DNA of 49,535 nt from an uncultured Clostridia bacterium (GCA_944388665.1 CALXJQ010000002.1:1-49535); one strand, 5' to 3'; shown: positions 9,007 through 19,381, counted from the stretch's first letter. Notes: generated by a model from the sequence alone, not told the origin. Numbers and translations are program-made.

Positions 9007-9552
9007 TTGAACGAGAACTTAGCACTTATAAAATATGAAAAATTAACTACAAAAGAAAAATTAATTTTATATTTTATTGTGTATTCATTCTTAGGTTGGT
9101 GTTTAGAAACAATTTATGCCTATTTTGTATTTGGACATTTTGTTAAAAGAGGATTTTTATTTGGACCAATTTGTCCTATATATGGATTTGGAGCAATACT
9201 TTTACTTATAAGTTTAGAAAATATTGAAAAAGGGCACAACTTAAAAAAATTCATTATCGCTATGCTCGTTTTTACAATATTTGAATATTTTGCTTCATTT
9301 ATATTAGAAATTATATTTCATCAAAGATGGTGGGATTACTCAACCGAGTTTATGAATTTGCAAGGTAGGGTTTGCTTAGCTTTTTCGATTGCATGGGGAG
9401 TGATTGGATTAATATTTATTAATTACATACATCCATTTGTAAAAAAGAAACTAGATAGCTTATCTATGCAAATCCCTGTAAAAATAAAAAGAGTTATAAT
9501 TTATTTAGCCTTTCGGAGTATGTTTAATAGACGTTGCTTTTTCTGTTGTTAA
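9007..9552 (+). CDS. multi-pass membrane protein, CmpB/DUF1113-like (putative ABC-transporter type IV family)
   Basis: YSFLGWCLETIY...GFLFGPICPIYGFGA...WWDYS pattern. The extended -10 TGTTATAAT at 8971-8979 places the mRNA start after ATG 8980. GAGGGGAG precedes in-frame TTG 9007. Confidence 0.55.
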   Translation: MNENLALIKYEKLTTKEKLILYFIVYSFLGWCLETIYAYFVFGHFVKRGFLFGPICPIYGFGAILLLISLENIEKGHNLKKFIIAMLVFTIFEYFASFILEIIFHQRWWDYSTEFMNLQGRVCLAFSIAWGVIGLIFINYIHPFVKKKLDSLSMQIPVKIKRVIIYLAFRSMFNRRCFFCC

Positions 9553-9672
9553 ACATATAGGTATATTTTAATAGTTAGTGTTGCCTCTTATAAAAGATGT
9601 ATATATGCAAAATTACTAGAATATAATAAAAGCAGATAAGTAAATTGCGCAATTTTATAGGAGGTTTTTAAT

Positions 9673-10131
9673 TTGAAAAATAAATGGGTGTGGATAAAAA
9701 ATATTTTATTTCCAATTGTATTAGGTGGCATAGTAGGATTGATTATATCAAAATTTATGGATTATAATCAATTGCTAAAGCCACCATTTGCACCACCAGG
9801 GGCTGTATTTGGAATAGTGTGGTCTATTATATATATATTAATGGGAATTTCTTATTCAATTTTACAAACGAATGATTTAACTGATAATAAAGTAAAAAAT
9901 ATTTACTATTTGCAATTAGTAATCAATTTGTTGTGGCCAATTATATTTTTTGTATTTAAATGGAGACTATTTGCATGTTTTTGGATAATAGCATTATTAT
10001 TATTAATTATTTACATGATATCAATATTTTATGAAAAAAACAAACTAGCAGCATATTTACAAATACCATATTTAATATGGACAGTATTTGCTACTTATTT
10101 AACTATAGGAGTATATTGGTTAAATGCATAA
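9673..10131 (+). CDS. tspO: TspO/MBR family tryptophan-rich sensory protein
   Basis: LKPPFAPPGAVFGIVWSIIYILMGIS, five TM segments and W-rich loops. AGGAGG precedes the TTG start. Confidence 0.8.
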   Translation: MKNKWVWIKNILFPIVLGGIVGLIISKFMDYNQLLKPPFAPPGAVFGIVWSIIYILMGISYSILQTNDLTDNKVKNIYYLQLVINLLWPIIFFVFKWRLFACFWIIALLLLIIYMISIFYEKNKLAAYLQIPYLIWTVFATYLTIGVYWLNA

Positions 10132-10209
10132 TTATAAATAAAAACTATTTACAATTTTAAAAAAATATTGTATTATTATTGGAATGACTATTAAAAAGAG
10201 GGGAAAAAA

Positions 10210-11379
10210 ATGACAAAATTTCTAATAAACTTATTTATAAAAGATAAAGAAAATGTAGAAAAACCGGAAGTAAGAAATAAATATGCGACCTTATCAAGCA
10301 TAACTGGCATAGTAGTAAATGTATTGTTATCAATATTTAAACTAATTATTGGACTTATTTCAAATTCAATGTCAATAATATCAGATGCATTAAACAACGT
10401 ATCTGATGCAGGTTCATCTATTGTAACATTAATAGGCTTTAAATTATCGCAAAAGAAAGTAGATGCAAATCATCCTTGGGGACATGGCAGAATGGAGTAT
10501 ATAACAGGATTTTTTGTTGATATATTTATCATATTAGTAGGATTCGAATTATTGCAAAGTTCTGTAGAAAAAATACTTCATCCAGAATTACCTTCAATAA
10601 GCAATATTACTATTATATTGTTAGTTGTTGCAATATTAACAAAATTATGGTTATTTATTTTTTATAGAAAAATTGCAAAAACAATTGATTCTGCAGCAAT
10701 AAAAGGGACTGCTTATGATAGTATATCTGACTCAATATCTACATTAGCAGTCTTAATATCAGCTTTTGTTGCACGTTTTGCAGGAATTTCTATAGATGGA
10801 TATGTCAGCTTGCTAGTATCATTCTTTATATTAATTACTGGAGTGAAAGCAATAAAAGAAATAATAGATATACTTTTAGGAGAAAAACCAGATCCAGAGT
10901 TTGTAAAATCAATTGAAGATTTTGTAAAAGACTATAATCCTGTAATAGATGGAATACATGATATTATGGTGCATGATTATGGACCAGGACGTAAAATAAT
11001 ATCGTTTCATGCAGAGGTTCCGGCGAATGCCGATATTTGTAAGGTCCATGATGTAATAGACCAACTAGAGCAAGATATGTTCGAAAAATTCCATTGCATT
11101 ACAACAATACATACGGATCCTATCGTCGTTGATGATGAAGAAATCAACCAAATGCACAAAACAACTGAAAACATTGTAAAATCTATTAATCCAAAGTTAT
11201 CAATACATGACTTTAGAATGACAGATGGTGGTGAAAGAATAAACCTTATATTTGATTTGACTTTGCCAACAGATGAAAAAATAGATGTAGAAGAAGTTGT
11301 AAAAAAGATTAAAGATGAAATACATAAAAAGAATGACAAATACTATGCTGTAATAAAGGCAGAATACTCGTATATATAA
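10210..11379 (+). CDS. cation diffusion facilitator family transporter
   Basis: SNSMSIISDALNNVSDAGSS (TM2 metal site), HPWGHGRMEY, AYDSISDSIST, and a C-terminal cytoplasmic domain with HDYGPGRKIISFHAEV. Confidence 0.85.
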   Translation: MTKFLINLFIKDKENVEKPEVRNKYATLSSITGIVVNVLLSIFKLIIGLISNSMSIISDALNNVSDAGSSIVTLIGFKLSQKKVDANHPWGHGRMEYITGFFVDIFIILVGFELLQSSVEKILHPELPSISNITIILLVVAILTKLWLFIFYRKIAKTIDSAAIKGTAYDSISDSISTLAVLISAFVARFAGISIDGYVSLLVSFFILITGVKAIKEIIDILLGEKPDPEFVKSIEDFVKDYNPVIDGIHDIMVHDYGPGRKIISFHAEVPANADICKVHDVIDQLEQDMFEKFHCITTIHTDPIVVDDEEINQMHKTTENIVKSINPKLSIHDFRMTDGGERINLIFDLTLPTDEKIDVEEVVKKIKDEIHKKNDKYYAVIKAEYSYI

Positions 11380-11393
11380 ATTTAGATGTTTTT

Positions 11394-11452
11394 GGGGACG
11401 GAGGAAAAAAACACCTTAATTTTTTGCCAAAAAGGTCCGTCCCTCGTGGCAA
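11394..11452. repeat. intergenic hairpin repeat, copy A (inverted relative to 33083-33144)
   Basis: TTGCCAAAAAGGTCCGTCCC (11424-11443) is the exact reverse complement of GGGACGGACCTTTTTGGCAA at 33092-33111. It also carries the TTGCCA-N17-TGGCAA hairpin with internal CGTCCCT. Confidence 0.7.
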
Positions 11453-11459
11453 AAATTTA

Positions 11460-11488
11460 TTGACATAAATACATAAATAATATATAAT
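11460..11488 (+). promoter_or_regulatory. consensus sigma-A promoter
   Basis: TTGACA (11460-11465), a 17-nt spacer, then TATAAT (11483-11488). Confidence 0.6.
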
Positions 11489-11561
11489 ATGTATGTGAAT
11501 TTACATAAATTTACATTGGCTAATTCTAAACCGACGACTTTAAATTAAGGAGGACATTGAA

Positions 11562-11909
11562 ATGAACCAAAAATATGAGAATTTTAGCCTGCAGCAGTGG
11601 CGACAAGTCGAACAAGGCGAGTTGGAGAAATTAACAAATGAACAAATTGAGTTCTATGCAAAGCCTGAATATGATGCTTTGCAGATGGAACAAATTCGGT
11701 TGGCCATTCAAGATGGACTAAGTGAAGAGCAGCTGAATATTGGAGCAAATCCAAAGTTTAGCTGGAGGCAAATGGCTGAAATCTATAGTGGTTTCCGAAA
11801 GGGACTATCTGTAGGGGAGGTAAAGAAATATGCCAAGCCAGAACTTGATCCGCTTAGCATGTTTCAAGTTAAGGTAAAGATTCTTCATAAATGTGGCAAA
11901 TTAAATTAG
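11562..11909 (+). CDS. hypothetical protein with three ~35-aa internal repeats (G/C-richer orphan)
   Basis: AGGAGG RBS. Repeats: YAKPEYDALQMEQIRLAIQDGL / ANPKFSWRQMAEIYSGFRKGL / YAKPELDPLSMFQVKV. It looks visibly richer in G/C than its flanks (not computed). Confidence 0.6.
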   Translation: MNQKYENFSLQQWRQVEQGELEKLTNEQIEFYAKPEYDALQMEQIRLAIQDGLSEEQLNIGANPKFSWRQMAEIYSGFRKGLSVGEVKKYAKPELDPLSMFQVKVKILHKCGKLN

Positions 11910-11978
11910 CCAGCTAGTGAACAAATAACTATTGTTCATTGAGGAGAGGAGCAGAAAAATTAAAATCTGACTAAAAAT

Positions 11979-12011
11979 ACAAGATATAACAACATATCTT
12001 GTATTTTTTTT
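11979..12011 (+). terminator. rho-independent terminator
   Basis: ACAAGATAT / ATATCTTGT stem followed by a T-run. Confidence 0.7.
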
Positions 12012-12139
12012 GAAAAAATGCTAAACTAAACATTGTAAACAATATTAAATTTTATTTGATTTTATGAGAATTATATGGATAAAAAATATAATGATGATGT
12101 TTAAAGTAAAAAAGTATGTTAGAAATAGGGAGGCAAAAT

Positions 12140-14107
12140 ATGTTTAAATTACATTCAGAATATAAACCAACTGGCGACCAGCCACAGGCAATTGAATATT
12201 TAAGTAAAGGTGTTTTAGAAGGAAAGAAATACCAGACATTGCTTGGCGTTACAGGTTCTGGAAAGACTTTTACAATGGCAAATATAATTCAGAAAGTACA
12301 AAAACCTACACTTGTTTTAGCTCATAATAAGACACTAGCTGGGCAATTATATTCAGAGTTCAAAGAGTTTTTCCCTGAAAACAATGTTGAGTATTTTGTT
12401 TCATACTATGATTATTACCAACCAGAAAGCTATATTCCTTCTACAGATACTTATATAGAGAAGGATTCTTCTATTAATGATGAAATAGATAAATTAAGGC
12501 ATTCAGCAACATTGTCATTATTTGAAACTAGGGATGTAATAATTGTAGCTTCTGTTTCTTGTATCTATGGTTTAGGTGACCCAATAGATTATCAAGAAAT
12601 GATGTTATCATTAAGACCGGGCATGCAAAAAGGTAGAGATGAAATATTAAAAAAGCTAATTAATATGCAATATACTAGAAATGAAATTGACTTCAAAAGG
12701 GGCACTTTTAGGGCAAAGGGAGATGTTGTAGAAATATATCCATCAGACCAATCAGAGTCTGCAATTAGAGTGGATTTCTGGGGAGATGAAATTGAAAAGA
12801 TAACTGAAATAAATGCATTAACAGGAAAACCAATTGGTACTAGAAGGCATGTATTAATTTCACCTGCATCACATTATGTTACAACAAAGGATAAAATGGA
12901 TAGAGCAATTGTAACTATTGAAGAAGAGCTAAAAGAACGAGTAAAATATTTTAAAGATCATAATAAATTAATTGAAGCACAAAGAATAGAAGAAAGAACG
13001 AATTTTGATATAGAAATGATGAAAGAAACTGGCTTTTGCTCAGGCATAGAAAATTATTCAAGACATATAAGTGGAAGGCCAGCAGGTAGTCCACCTTATA
13101 CTTTGTTTGATTATTTTCCAAAGGATTTCTTGCTATTGATAGACGAATCACACGCAACAATACCACAAGTAAAAGCTATGTATAATGGAGATAGGGCAAG
13201 GAAGGAATCTCTTGTAAAGTATGGCTTTAGATTACCTTCAGCATTTGATAATAGGCCACTCACATTTAAAGAGTTTGAAGAAAGAATTAATCAAGTAATA
13301 TTTGTAAGTGCAACACCTGCAGAATATGAAAAAGAGCATAGCAAGGATAATGTTGTTGAACAAATTATTAGGCCAACAGGCTTGTTAGATCCAAAAATAG
13401 AAGTAAAACCAGTTACAAATCAAGTAGACGATTTGATAGAGCAAATTAGGATTAGAGTTGCTAAAAATGAAAGGGTTTTGGTTACGACTTTGACTAAAAA
13501 AATGGCAGAAGATTTAACAGAATATTTAAAAGGCTTAGATATAAAAGTAAATTACATGCATTCCGATACTAAAGCCTTAGAGAGAATGGAAATTATAAGA
13601 AATCTTCGTCTGGGAAAATTTGATGTACTAGTGGGAATTAACCTTTTAAGGGAAGGACTAGATATACCAGAAGTTTCTTTGGTGGCAATACTAGATGCTG
13701 ATAAAGAAGGATTTTTACGTTCTGAAAGGTCTCTAATTCAAACAATTGGACGTGCTGCAAGAAATACTGATGGAACAGTTATAATGTATGCTGATGAGCT
13801 AACAGATAGTATGGAAAAAGCTATACATGAAACTAACAGGAGAAGACAAATTCAAGAGAAATATAATGAAGAGCATGGAATTACACCAAAGACTATACAA
13901 AAATCGATAAGAGATAAAATATCAGTGACAAATGTTGAAGATATTGAAGTTGAATATAGACTAGAAAAAGATGAAGATATTGAAGAAACAATTGCAAAAT
14001 TAACAGATGAAATGTTAAAATATGCATCTCAAATGGAATTCGAGAAAGCCGCAGAGTTACGTGATAAAATAAAAGAATTAGAAAAAATTCAACAAAAAAA
14101 TGCATAA
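12140..14107 (+). CDS. uvrB: excinuclease ABC subunit B
   Basis: GGGAGG precedes ATG 12140. [33 protein letters not shown], the helicase motifs and the C-terminal UVR motif FEKAAELRD. Confidence 0.97.
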   Translation: MFKLHSEYKPTGDQPQAIEYLSKGVLEGKKYQTLLGVTGSGKTFTMANIIQKVQKPTLVLAHNKTLAGQLYSEFKEFFPENNVEYFVSYYDYYQPESYIPSTDTYIEKDSSINDEIDKLRHSATLSLFETRDVIIVASVSCIYGLGDPIDYQEMMLSLRPGMQKGRDEILKKLINMQYTRNEIDFKRGTFRAKGDVVEIYPSDQSESAIRVDFWGDEIEKITEINALTGKPIGTRRHVLISPASHYVTTKDKMDRAIVTIEEELKERVKYFKDHNKLIEAQRIEERTNFDIEMMKETGFCSGIENYSRHISGRPAGSPPYTLFDYFPKDFLLLIDESHATIPQVKAMYNGDRARKESLVKYGFRLPSAFDNRPLTFKEFEERINQVIFVSATPAEYEKEHSKDNVVEQIIRPTGLLDPKIEVKPVTNQVDDLIEQIRIRVAKNERVLVTTLTKKMAEDLTEYLKGLDIKVNYMHSDTKALERMEIIRNLRLGKFDVLVGINLLREGLDIPEVSLVAILDADKEGFLRSERSLIQTIGRAARNTDGTVIMYADELTDSMEKAIHETNRRRQIQEKYNEEHGITPKTIQKSIRDKISVTNVEDIEVEYRLEKDEDIEETIAKLTDEMLKYASQMEFEKAAELRDKIKELEKIQQKNA

Positions 14108-14174
14108 TATATTATAGACATAAAAATAATAATGGTATATAATAATTTTGAAAAATTCAAAAGAGGAGTAAGTT

Positions 14175-16952
14175 ATGAAAAAGAATATAAAAATATTTGT
14201 TTTAGTAATTGTTTTATGGATATTTATGTTATTTATTGGCGCAAATAATAGTTTTGCTATTGATGTAACATTAGAAGATAAATCAGAAGCATATAAGCAA
14301 TGGGAAAGCCGTACAGAAGAAGAAAGAATGAGGTTATATGAACCATTACCATTTAATATGTCTGTAAAAGATTCTATTAAGCGTTCTACCTATAATCAAA
14401 TGTTGAGTTTAGCAGGTGCTAATATAATTCCTTCAGATTCATATAATTTAAAAGATGATCTTCAAAATATCTATGTTAGAGATCAATTAAAAACTTCTAC
14501 TTGCTGGGCATTTTCTTTTGCCGGAACTGTAAATATGAGCATGCAGAAGCAAAGGATGATTTCTCAGCAATATTCGCCAATGCATATAGAGTATAGAGCT
14601 ACTCAAATGTTTGCAAGAAATGTGGGTGATGGAGGAAATCAATATATGGCTTTAGCATATAGTACATCTGGAAATGGTCCCGTATTAGAAGAAGATATGC
14701 CATTTTCAGAATATTATGATGAAAGCAATCCACCATCATATATGGCACCATTAGATGAAATAGATGTACCAACTAAAACACCTGAAGTAGAAATTGATAA
14801 TGCGACAATATTTGATGGAATCTATAAAACATATCAAAATGGACAAGTTACTTCATATCATGATGGCAACAATACAGAAACTTACAGTGACAGCGAGGTA
14901 AAGGCAATAAGAAATTTAATTAAACAACACATTATGGAGTACGGTCCTCTTGCAGGATTATTGTATTCTGATATAGGAATAGATCAAAGTGGAAATTATG
15001 TTAGCCCTAGTTATAATTCTAGCACAGCTGCATATTATACTAATGATGCATCAGAAGTGGCAAATCATGCTACAATAATTGTTGGATGGGATGATAATTA
15101 TTCTGTAGATAACTTTAGAAGTGACAAAAAGCCTAAAAATCCAGGAGCATATATTGTACTAAATTCTTATGGCGAGAATTTTGGAGAAGGCGGATTTTAT
15201 TATATCTCTTATGATGATGCTATTGTAGAAACTTCACTTATTGGTCTTACAAGTGTAAATGATGAAATAAATTATGATAAAATATATCAATACAATGAAT
15301 TAGGAATGAATCAATCAATATCATTGGGTGATGCAGGAACTATTTATGGAGGAAATAAATTTACTAGAGAGCAATTGGATGATAAGGTAGAATATATTAC
15401 ATCTGTTGGTGTGTACTTATCAGAAGCAGAAGGACTAGAAATTTATATAAACTCAGAAGATGATAATATTCCAAACTCAAAACTAGTATGTACTCCAGGA
15501 GCATTAGAAGCAGGGTACCACAACATAGTACTACCATCACCAATAGAACTAACTGGAGACAAATTTGCAATAGCGATAAAATACACAAATCAAGAGGGAG
15601 CCAGCCTTCCGATAGAAGCAAATTTGAAAGAAAGTAATTTTGCACCAGAAGGCAATATGTATGACTCAGCTAAAAGTGGATCAAACCAAAGCTTCTTTTC
15701 ACCAGATGGAGCATATTGGCAAGAATTGAATGATACTAGCGCAGGTGAAGACATTGTATTAAAAAATACAGATACTTGTATTAAAGTCTTTACACGTTTG
15801 GCAGATAAACCTAAAGAAATAAATGTTGAAGGTGTTAGCCTTGATAAGCAAAGCATTACTTTAACTGAAGGTGAAACAGATACACTAACTGCAACAATTA
15901 CTCCAGACAATGCTACAAACAAAAATATTACATGGTCAACATCAAATCCAGATGTGGCTAGTGTACAAAATGGGGTAGTTACTGCAAATAGTGCAGGTAC
16001 AGCTACAATTACTGTTACAACAGAAGATGGTAACAAAACTGCGCAATGTCAAGTAACTGTTATTCAAAAGCCAATTGAAATTATTCATGTACAGGGAGTT
16101 TCTTTGGATAAAACTAATATTACTTTAACTGAAGGCGAAACAGATACATTAACTGCAACAGTTATGCCAGATGATGCTACAAATAAAAACATTACGTGGT
16201 CAACATCAAATCCAGATGTGGTTAGTGTACAAAACGGAGTAGTTACTGCAAATAGTGCAGGTACAGCTACAATTACTGTCACAACAGAGGATGGCAATAA
16301 AACTGCTACGTGTCAAGTAACAGTAGAAGAACAACCTGTTCAAATTATTCACGTAGAAGAAGTATCTCTAAACAAAGAAAAAGATACATTAGAAATTGGA
16401 AATACCACAAACTTAAATGCTTCAATTACGCCATCAGATGCTACTAATCAAAAAATAATATGGACAAGCTCAAACCCTGACGTAGCAACAGTAAATGATT
16501 ATGGTGTTATAAAGGCCTTAAAAGAAGGAACAACTATAATTACGGCAACAAGTGAAGATGGAAATATATCAGATTCTTGTGAAATAACAGTTATCAAAAA
16601 AACAAATACTGATGACGATATATATCAAGATGATGACCAAAATACAGGTGGAAATAATACAAACACTGGAAATAATAGCAATAATAATAGCGCTACTAGC
16701 ACGAATAACACAGGTAATAGTGCAAATAGTGGAAACAATGACAACTCTGAAAATAGAGATGATGGAAATATGAACATAACTGTTGGACAAATAAATCAAG
16801 GAAATAGTCCACAAGTAGACAATACCATCTCTAATATTTCAAGACTACCAAATACAGGAGCTACATGGATTTTAATATTTATTACTCTAATAATTCTTAT
16901 ATTTGGAATTGTAAAATTTATTGAATATAGAAATTTGAAAGATGTAAAATAA
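14175..16952 (+). CDS. cell-wall-anchored papain-like (C1 family) cysteine peptidase with three Big_2 repeats and an LPXTG sorting signal
   Basis: Signal peptide. QLKTSTCWAFSF (catalytic Cys) and NHATIIVGWDD (His). Three ~85-aa repeats V(S/E)LDK..ITLTEGETDTLTATI.P.DATNKNITWSTSNPDVA.V..GVVTA...GTATITVTTEDGNKTA.CQVTV. An Asn/Gly/Thr-rich stalk, then LPNTG, a TM and a basic tail. Confidence 0.85.
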   Translation: MKKNIKIFVLVIVLWIFMLFIGANNSFAIDVTLEDKSEAYKQWESRTEEERMRLYEPLPFNMSVKDSIKRSTYNQMLSLAGANIIPSDSYNLKDDLQNIYVRDQLKTSTCWAFSFAGTVNMSMQKQRMISQQYSPMHIEYRATQMFARNVGDGGNQYMALAYSTSGNGPVLEEDMPFSEYYDESNPPSYMAPLDEIDVPTKTPEVEIDNATIFDGIYKTYQNGQVTSYHDGNNTETYSDSEVKAIRNLIKQHIMEYGPLAGLLYSDIGIDQSGNYVSPSYNSSTAAYYTNDASEVANHATIIVGWDDNYSVDNFRSDKKPKNPGAYIVLNSYGENFGEGGFYYISYDDAIVETSLIGLTSVNDEINYDKIYQYNELGMNQSISLGDAGTIYGGNKFTREQLDDKVEYITSVGVYLSEAEGLEIYINSEDDNIPNSKLVCTPGALEAGYHNIVLPSPIELTGDKFAIAIKYTNQEGASLPIEANLKESNFAPEGNMYDSAKSGSNQSFFSPDGAYWQELNDTSAGEDIVLKNTDTCIKVFTRLADKPKEINVEGVSLDKQSITLTEGETDTLTATITPDNATNKNITWSTSNPDVASVQNGVVTANSAGTATITVTTEDGNKTAQCQVTVIQKPIEIIHVQGVSLDKTNITLTEGETDTLTATVMPDDATNKNITWSTSNPDVVSVQNGVVTANSAGTATITVTTEDGNKTATCQVTVEEQPVQIIHVEEVSLNKEKDTLEIGNTTNLNASITPSDATNQKIIWTSSNPDVATVNDYGVIKALKEGTTIITATSEDGNISDSCEITVIKKTNTDDDIYQDDDQNTGGNNTNTGNNSNNNSATSTNNTGNSANSGNNDNSENRDDGNMNITVGQINQGNSPQVDNTISNISRLPNTGATWILIFITLIILIFGIVKFIEYRNLKDVK

Positions 16953-16993
16953 AAAAAACTGATATTGGATGAGAATTCAATATCAGTTTTTTT
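16953..16993 (+). terminator. rho-independent terminator
   Basis: CTGATATTG / CAATATCAG stem flanked by an A-run and a T-run, so possibly bidirectional. Confidence 0.75.
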
Positions 16994-17003
16994 AAAAATT
17001 TAA

Positions 17004-17111
17004 TTATCTGCAGTTATTATTATTTTGTCTTTCAGAATTATTTTGGTTATTGTTCTTATCAGAATTTCTATTATTATTGTTGTTATTGTTTTTATTATCT
17101 TTCTTTGACAT
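17004..17111 (-). CDS. candidate 35-aa Asn-rich micro-protein
   Basis: GGAGGTGGCATT precedes ATG 17111. Translation is MSKKDNKNNNNNNNRNSDKNNNQNNSERQNNNNCR. Coding is uncertain because the sequence is low complexity. Confidence 0.25.
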   Translation of the reverse strand: MSKKDNKNNNNNNNRNSDKNNNQNNSERQNNNNCR

Positions 17112-17296
17112 AATGCCACCTCCATTTCAAATCTCAAATATATTTTTAACTAAAAAACAAAAAAATATACAAGAATAAATTTGTTTTTTTTAAAATATTG
17201 AGATATAATAGTCACGGTTATTATTGGAAGGTAACAATTAAGGTTGTTATACATAAAATAATAAATAAAGCACAAAATATGAAAGGAGATTTCAAA

Positions 17297-18697
17297 ATGA
17301 ATTTTGAAAATCAAAAATTAAAAGAATTCAATGAATATATAAAATTCAGAAAAGTAGCAATTATAGGATTAGGTGTAAGCAATATACCATTATTAGACTA
17401 TATGAATGAACACAATGGATATGTAACAGTATTTGATGAAAGAGAATCATCCAAAATACCTACTGAGATTTTAAATAAAATAAATAGTTATAGGTTTAGC
17501 AGCTTTTTTGGTAAAAACTGCTTAGAGCATTTGAAAGGATTTGATATAATTTTTCGTTCTCCTAGTTGCCTTCCAACTAAGCCAGAACTTGTTGCAGAAG
17601 AACAAAGGGGAGCAATAATCACAAGTGAAATAGAGATGCTTATGAAAATGTGTCCGGCAACAATAGTTGGAGTTACTGGCAGTGATGGAAAAACTACAAC
17701 TACAAGTTTGATAAATGCTATATTAAAAACTGCAGGTTACAAAACATTTTTAGGTGGAAATATTGGGACGCCTCTTTTTACAAAACTAGAAGAAATGACG
17801 CCAGAAGATGTTGTTGTATTAGAGTTAAGCAGTTTCCAATTGATGGGAATGGACATTAGTCCACATATAGCAGTTATTACTAATATAACTCCAAATCACT
17901 TAAATATACATAAAGATTTTGAAGAGTATATAAATGCGAAAAAGAACATATTTAGATATCAGAATGAAAATGATATATTAGTTTTAAATTATGATAACGA
18001 AATTACTAGGGAATGTGCAAAAGAAGCAAAAGGAAAAGTAATATTCTTTAGTGGAAAAGAAAAACTAGACAATGGATTTATTGTAGATAATAAAATTATA
18101 AAAGAATGTGAAGATAAAGTAAGAAAACATATTTTAGATGGAAATGAACTAATATTAAGAGGAGAGCACAACTATGAAAACGTTGCAACAGCAATTGCAG
18201 CAACAAAGACATTAGTAAAACTTGATGATGCAATAAAAGCAGTAAAAGAATTTAAGCCAGTAGCACATAGATTAGAGATTGTAAGAGAAATAGATGGAGT
18301 AAAATGGTATAATGATTCTGCTAGCACATCTCCTACTAGAACTTTAGCAGGATTAAATGCTTTTGATGAAGATATTATACTAATTGCAGGCGGATATGAT
18401 AAAAATTTGGATTATACGCCTTTAGCAAAGCCAATAGTAGATAAAGTAAAATGTCTTATTTTAATAGGTCAGACATCAGGGAAGATATTTGATTGTGTAA
18501 AAGCTGAACTTGAAAAACAAAACAAAACATTAGATATATATATGTGTGATAATTTAGAAGATACTGTAAAGTTAGCTAAAAGATTTGCAAAAAAGGGCCA
18601 AGTAGTTTTATTTTCACCAGCAAGTGCTAGTTTTGATATGTTTAAAAATGCTTACGATAGAGGAGATCAATTTAAAGAATTAGTAAACCAACTATAG
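17297..18697 (+). CDS. murD: UDP-N-acetylmuramoyl-L-alanine--D-glutamate ligase
   Basis: AAAGGAG precedes ATG 17297. GLGVSN, VGVTGSDGKTTTT (P-loop), ITNITPNHLNIH and a Mur ligase C-terminal domain. Confidence 0.92.
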   Translation: MNFENQKLKEFNEYIKFRKVAIIGLGVSNIPLLDYMNEHNGYVTVFDERESSKIPTEILNKINSYRFSSFFGKNCLEHLKGFDIIFRSPSCLPTKPELVAEEQRGAIITSEIEMLMKMCPATIVGVTGSDGKTTTTSLINAILKTAGYKTFLGGNIGTPLFTKLEEMTPEDVVVLELSSFQLMGMDISPHIAVITNITPNHLNIHKDFEEYINAKKNIFRYQNENDILVLNYDNEITRECAKEAKGKVIFFSGKEKLDNGFIVDNKIIKECEDKVRKHILDGNELILRGEHNYENVATAIAATKTLVKLDDAIKAVKEFKPVAHRLEIVREIDGVKWYNDSASTSPTRTLAGLNAFDEDIILIAGGYDKNLDYTPLAKPIVDKVKCLILIGQTSGKIFDCVKAELEKQNKTLDIYMCDNLEDTVKLAKRFAKKGQVVLFSPASASFDMFKNAYDRGDQFKELVNQL

Positions 18698-18769
18698 TAT
18701 TTGAATTTTCACGTTTACCATAAATGTTTCATATAATGTATAGAAAAATCAAAAAGGAGGTTTTTTTAT

Positions 18770-19327
18770 ATGTATGATAACACTTATGAAGAATACATAA
18801 GAAGCATTCTTGGATATCCGAACTATTCAAATAATACTTACAATGCTTATAACTTCAACAGGCCAACTCAGTCAGTTAATATACCTTCAAATTCTCAACT
18901 AGAGGCTTGTTATCCGGAGATATATAAAATTATATATCCAATGATAAAAAAAGCTTGTATGGAGATTTCAGAGCCAATAACTCCAGAATTAATTGACAAA
19001 ATGACAAATGAAATTTATTCTGCAGTTGAATCAGATAATCAAATTAATGTCAGAATAAATCTTACAAATGAAATATCAAAAACTGAAAGCAGCTCTTCTA
19101 AAAAAGCAAGCGAAATGGGAAACAAAGAAAATAAAGAGGAAAGGGAAGATAGACAATTCAAAAATAGAAGCTTGTCTGATTTAATTAAAATATTGATAAT
19201 ACGAGATTTGCTTGTTAGGCCGGGTAGAAGACCAAATCCGGGCAGGCCGCCAAGACCACAAGTACCACCAATGCCACCAATTAGACCTGGAATGGAAAAT
19301 AGATACTATGACATATATGAATATTAA
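18770..19327 (+). CDS. hypothetical protein with Pro-rich C-terminus (possibly spore-associated)
   Basis: AGGAGG RBS. Contains CYPEIYKIIYPMIKKAC and a C-terminal RPGRRPNPGRPPRPQVPPMPPIRPG. No confident family. Confidence 0.5.
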   Translation: MYDNTYEEYIRSILGYPNYSNNTYNAYNFNRPTQSVNIPSNSQLEACYPEIYKIIYPMIKKACMEISEPITPELIDKMTNEIYSAVESDNQINVRINLTNEISKTESSSSKKASEMGNKENKEEREDRQFKNRSLSDLIKILIIRDLLVRPGRRPNPGRPPRPQVPPMPPIRPGMENRYYDIYEY

Positions 19328-19381
19328 AAAGTACTTTTGCAAATAATATTACTAAGTCTTTTTGAAAGGTGGTAATATTAG

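Noticed and set aside
8980-9552. Possible C-terminal frameshift in the CmpB/DUF1113-like membrane protein (odd tail ...RSMFNRRCFFCC)
   Set aside because: Neither alternative frame extends beyond a few codons, so there is no evidence of a lost C-terminus. It is left as an intact CDS.
11910-12139. LexA/SOS box upstream of uvrB
   Set aside because: The only GAAC...GTTC pair (TGAACAAATAACTATTGTTCA, ~11919-11939) has the wrong spacing for the Firmicute CGAAC-N4-GTTCG box. It looks like a simple hairpin after the preceding ORF.
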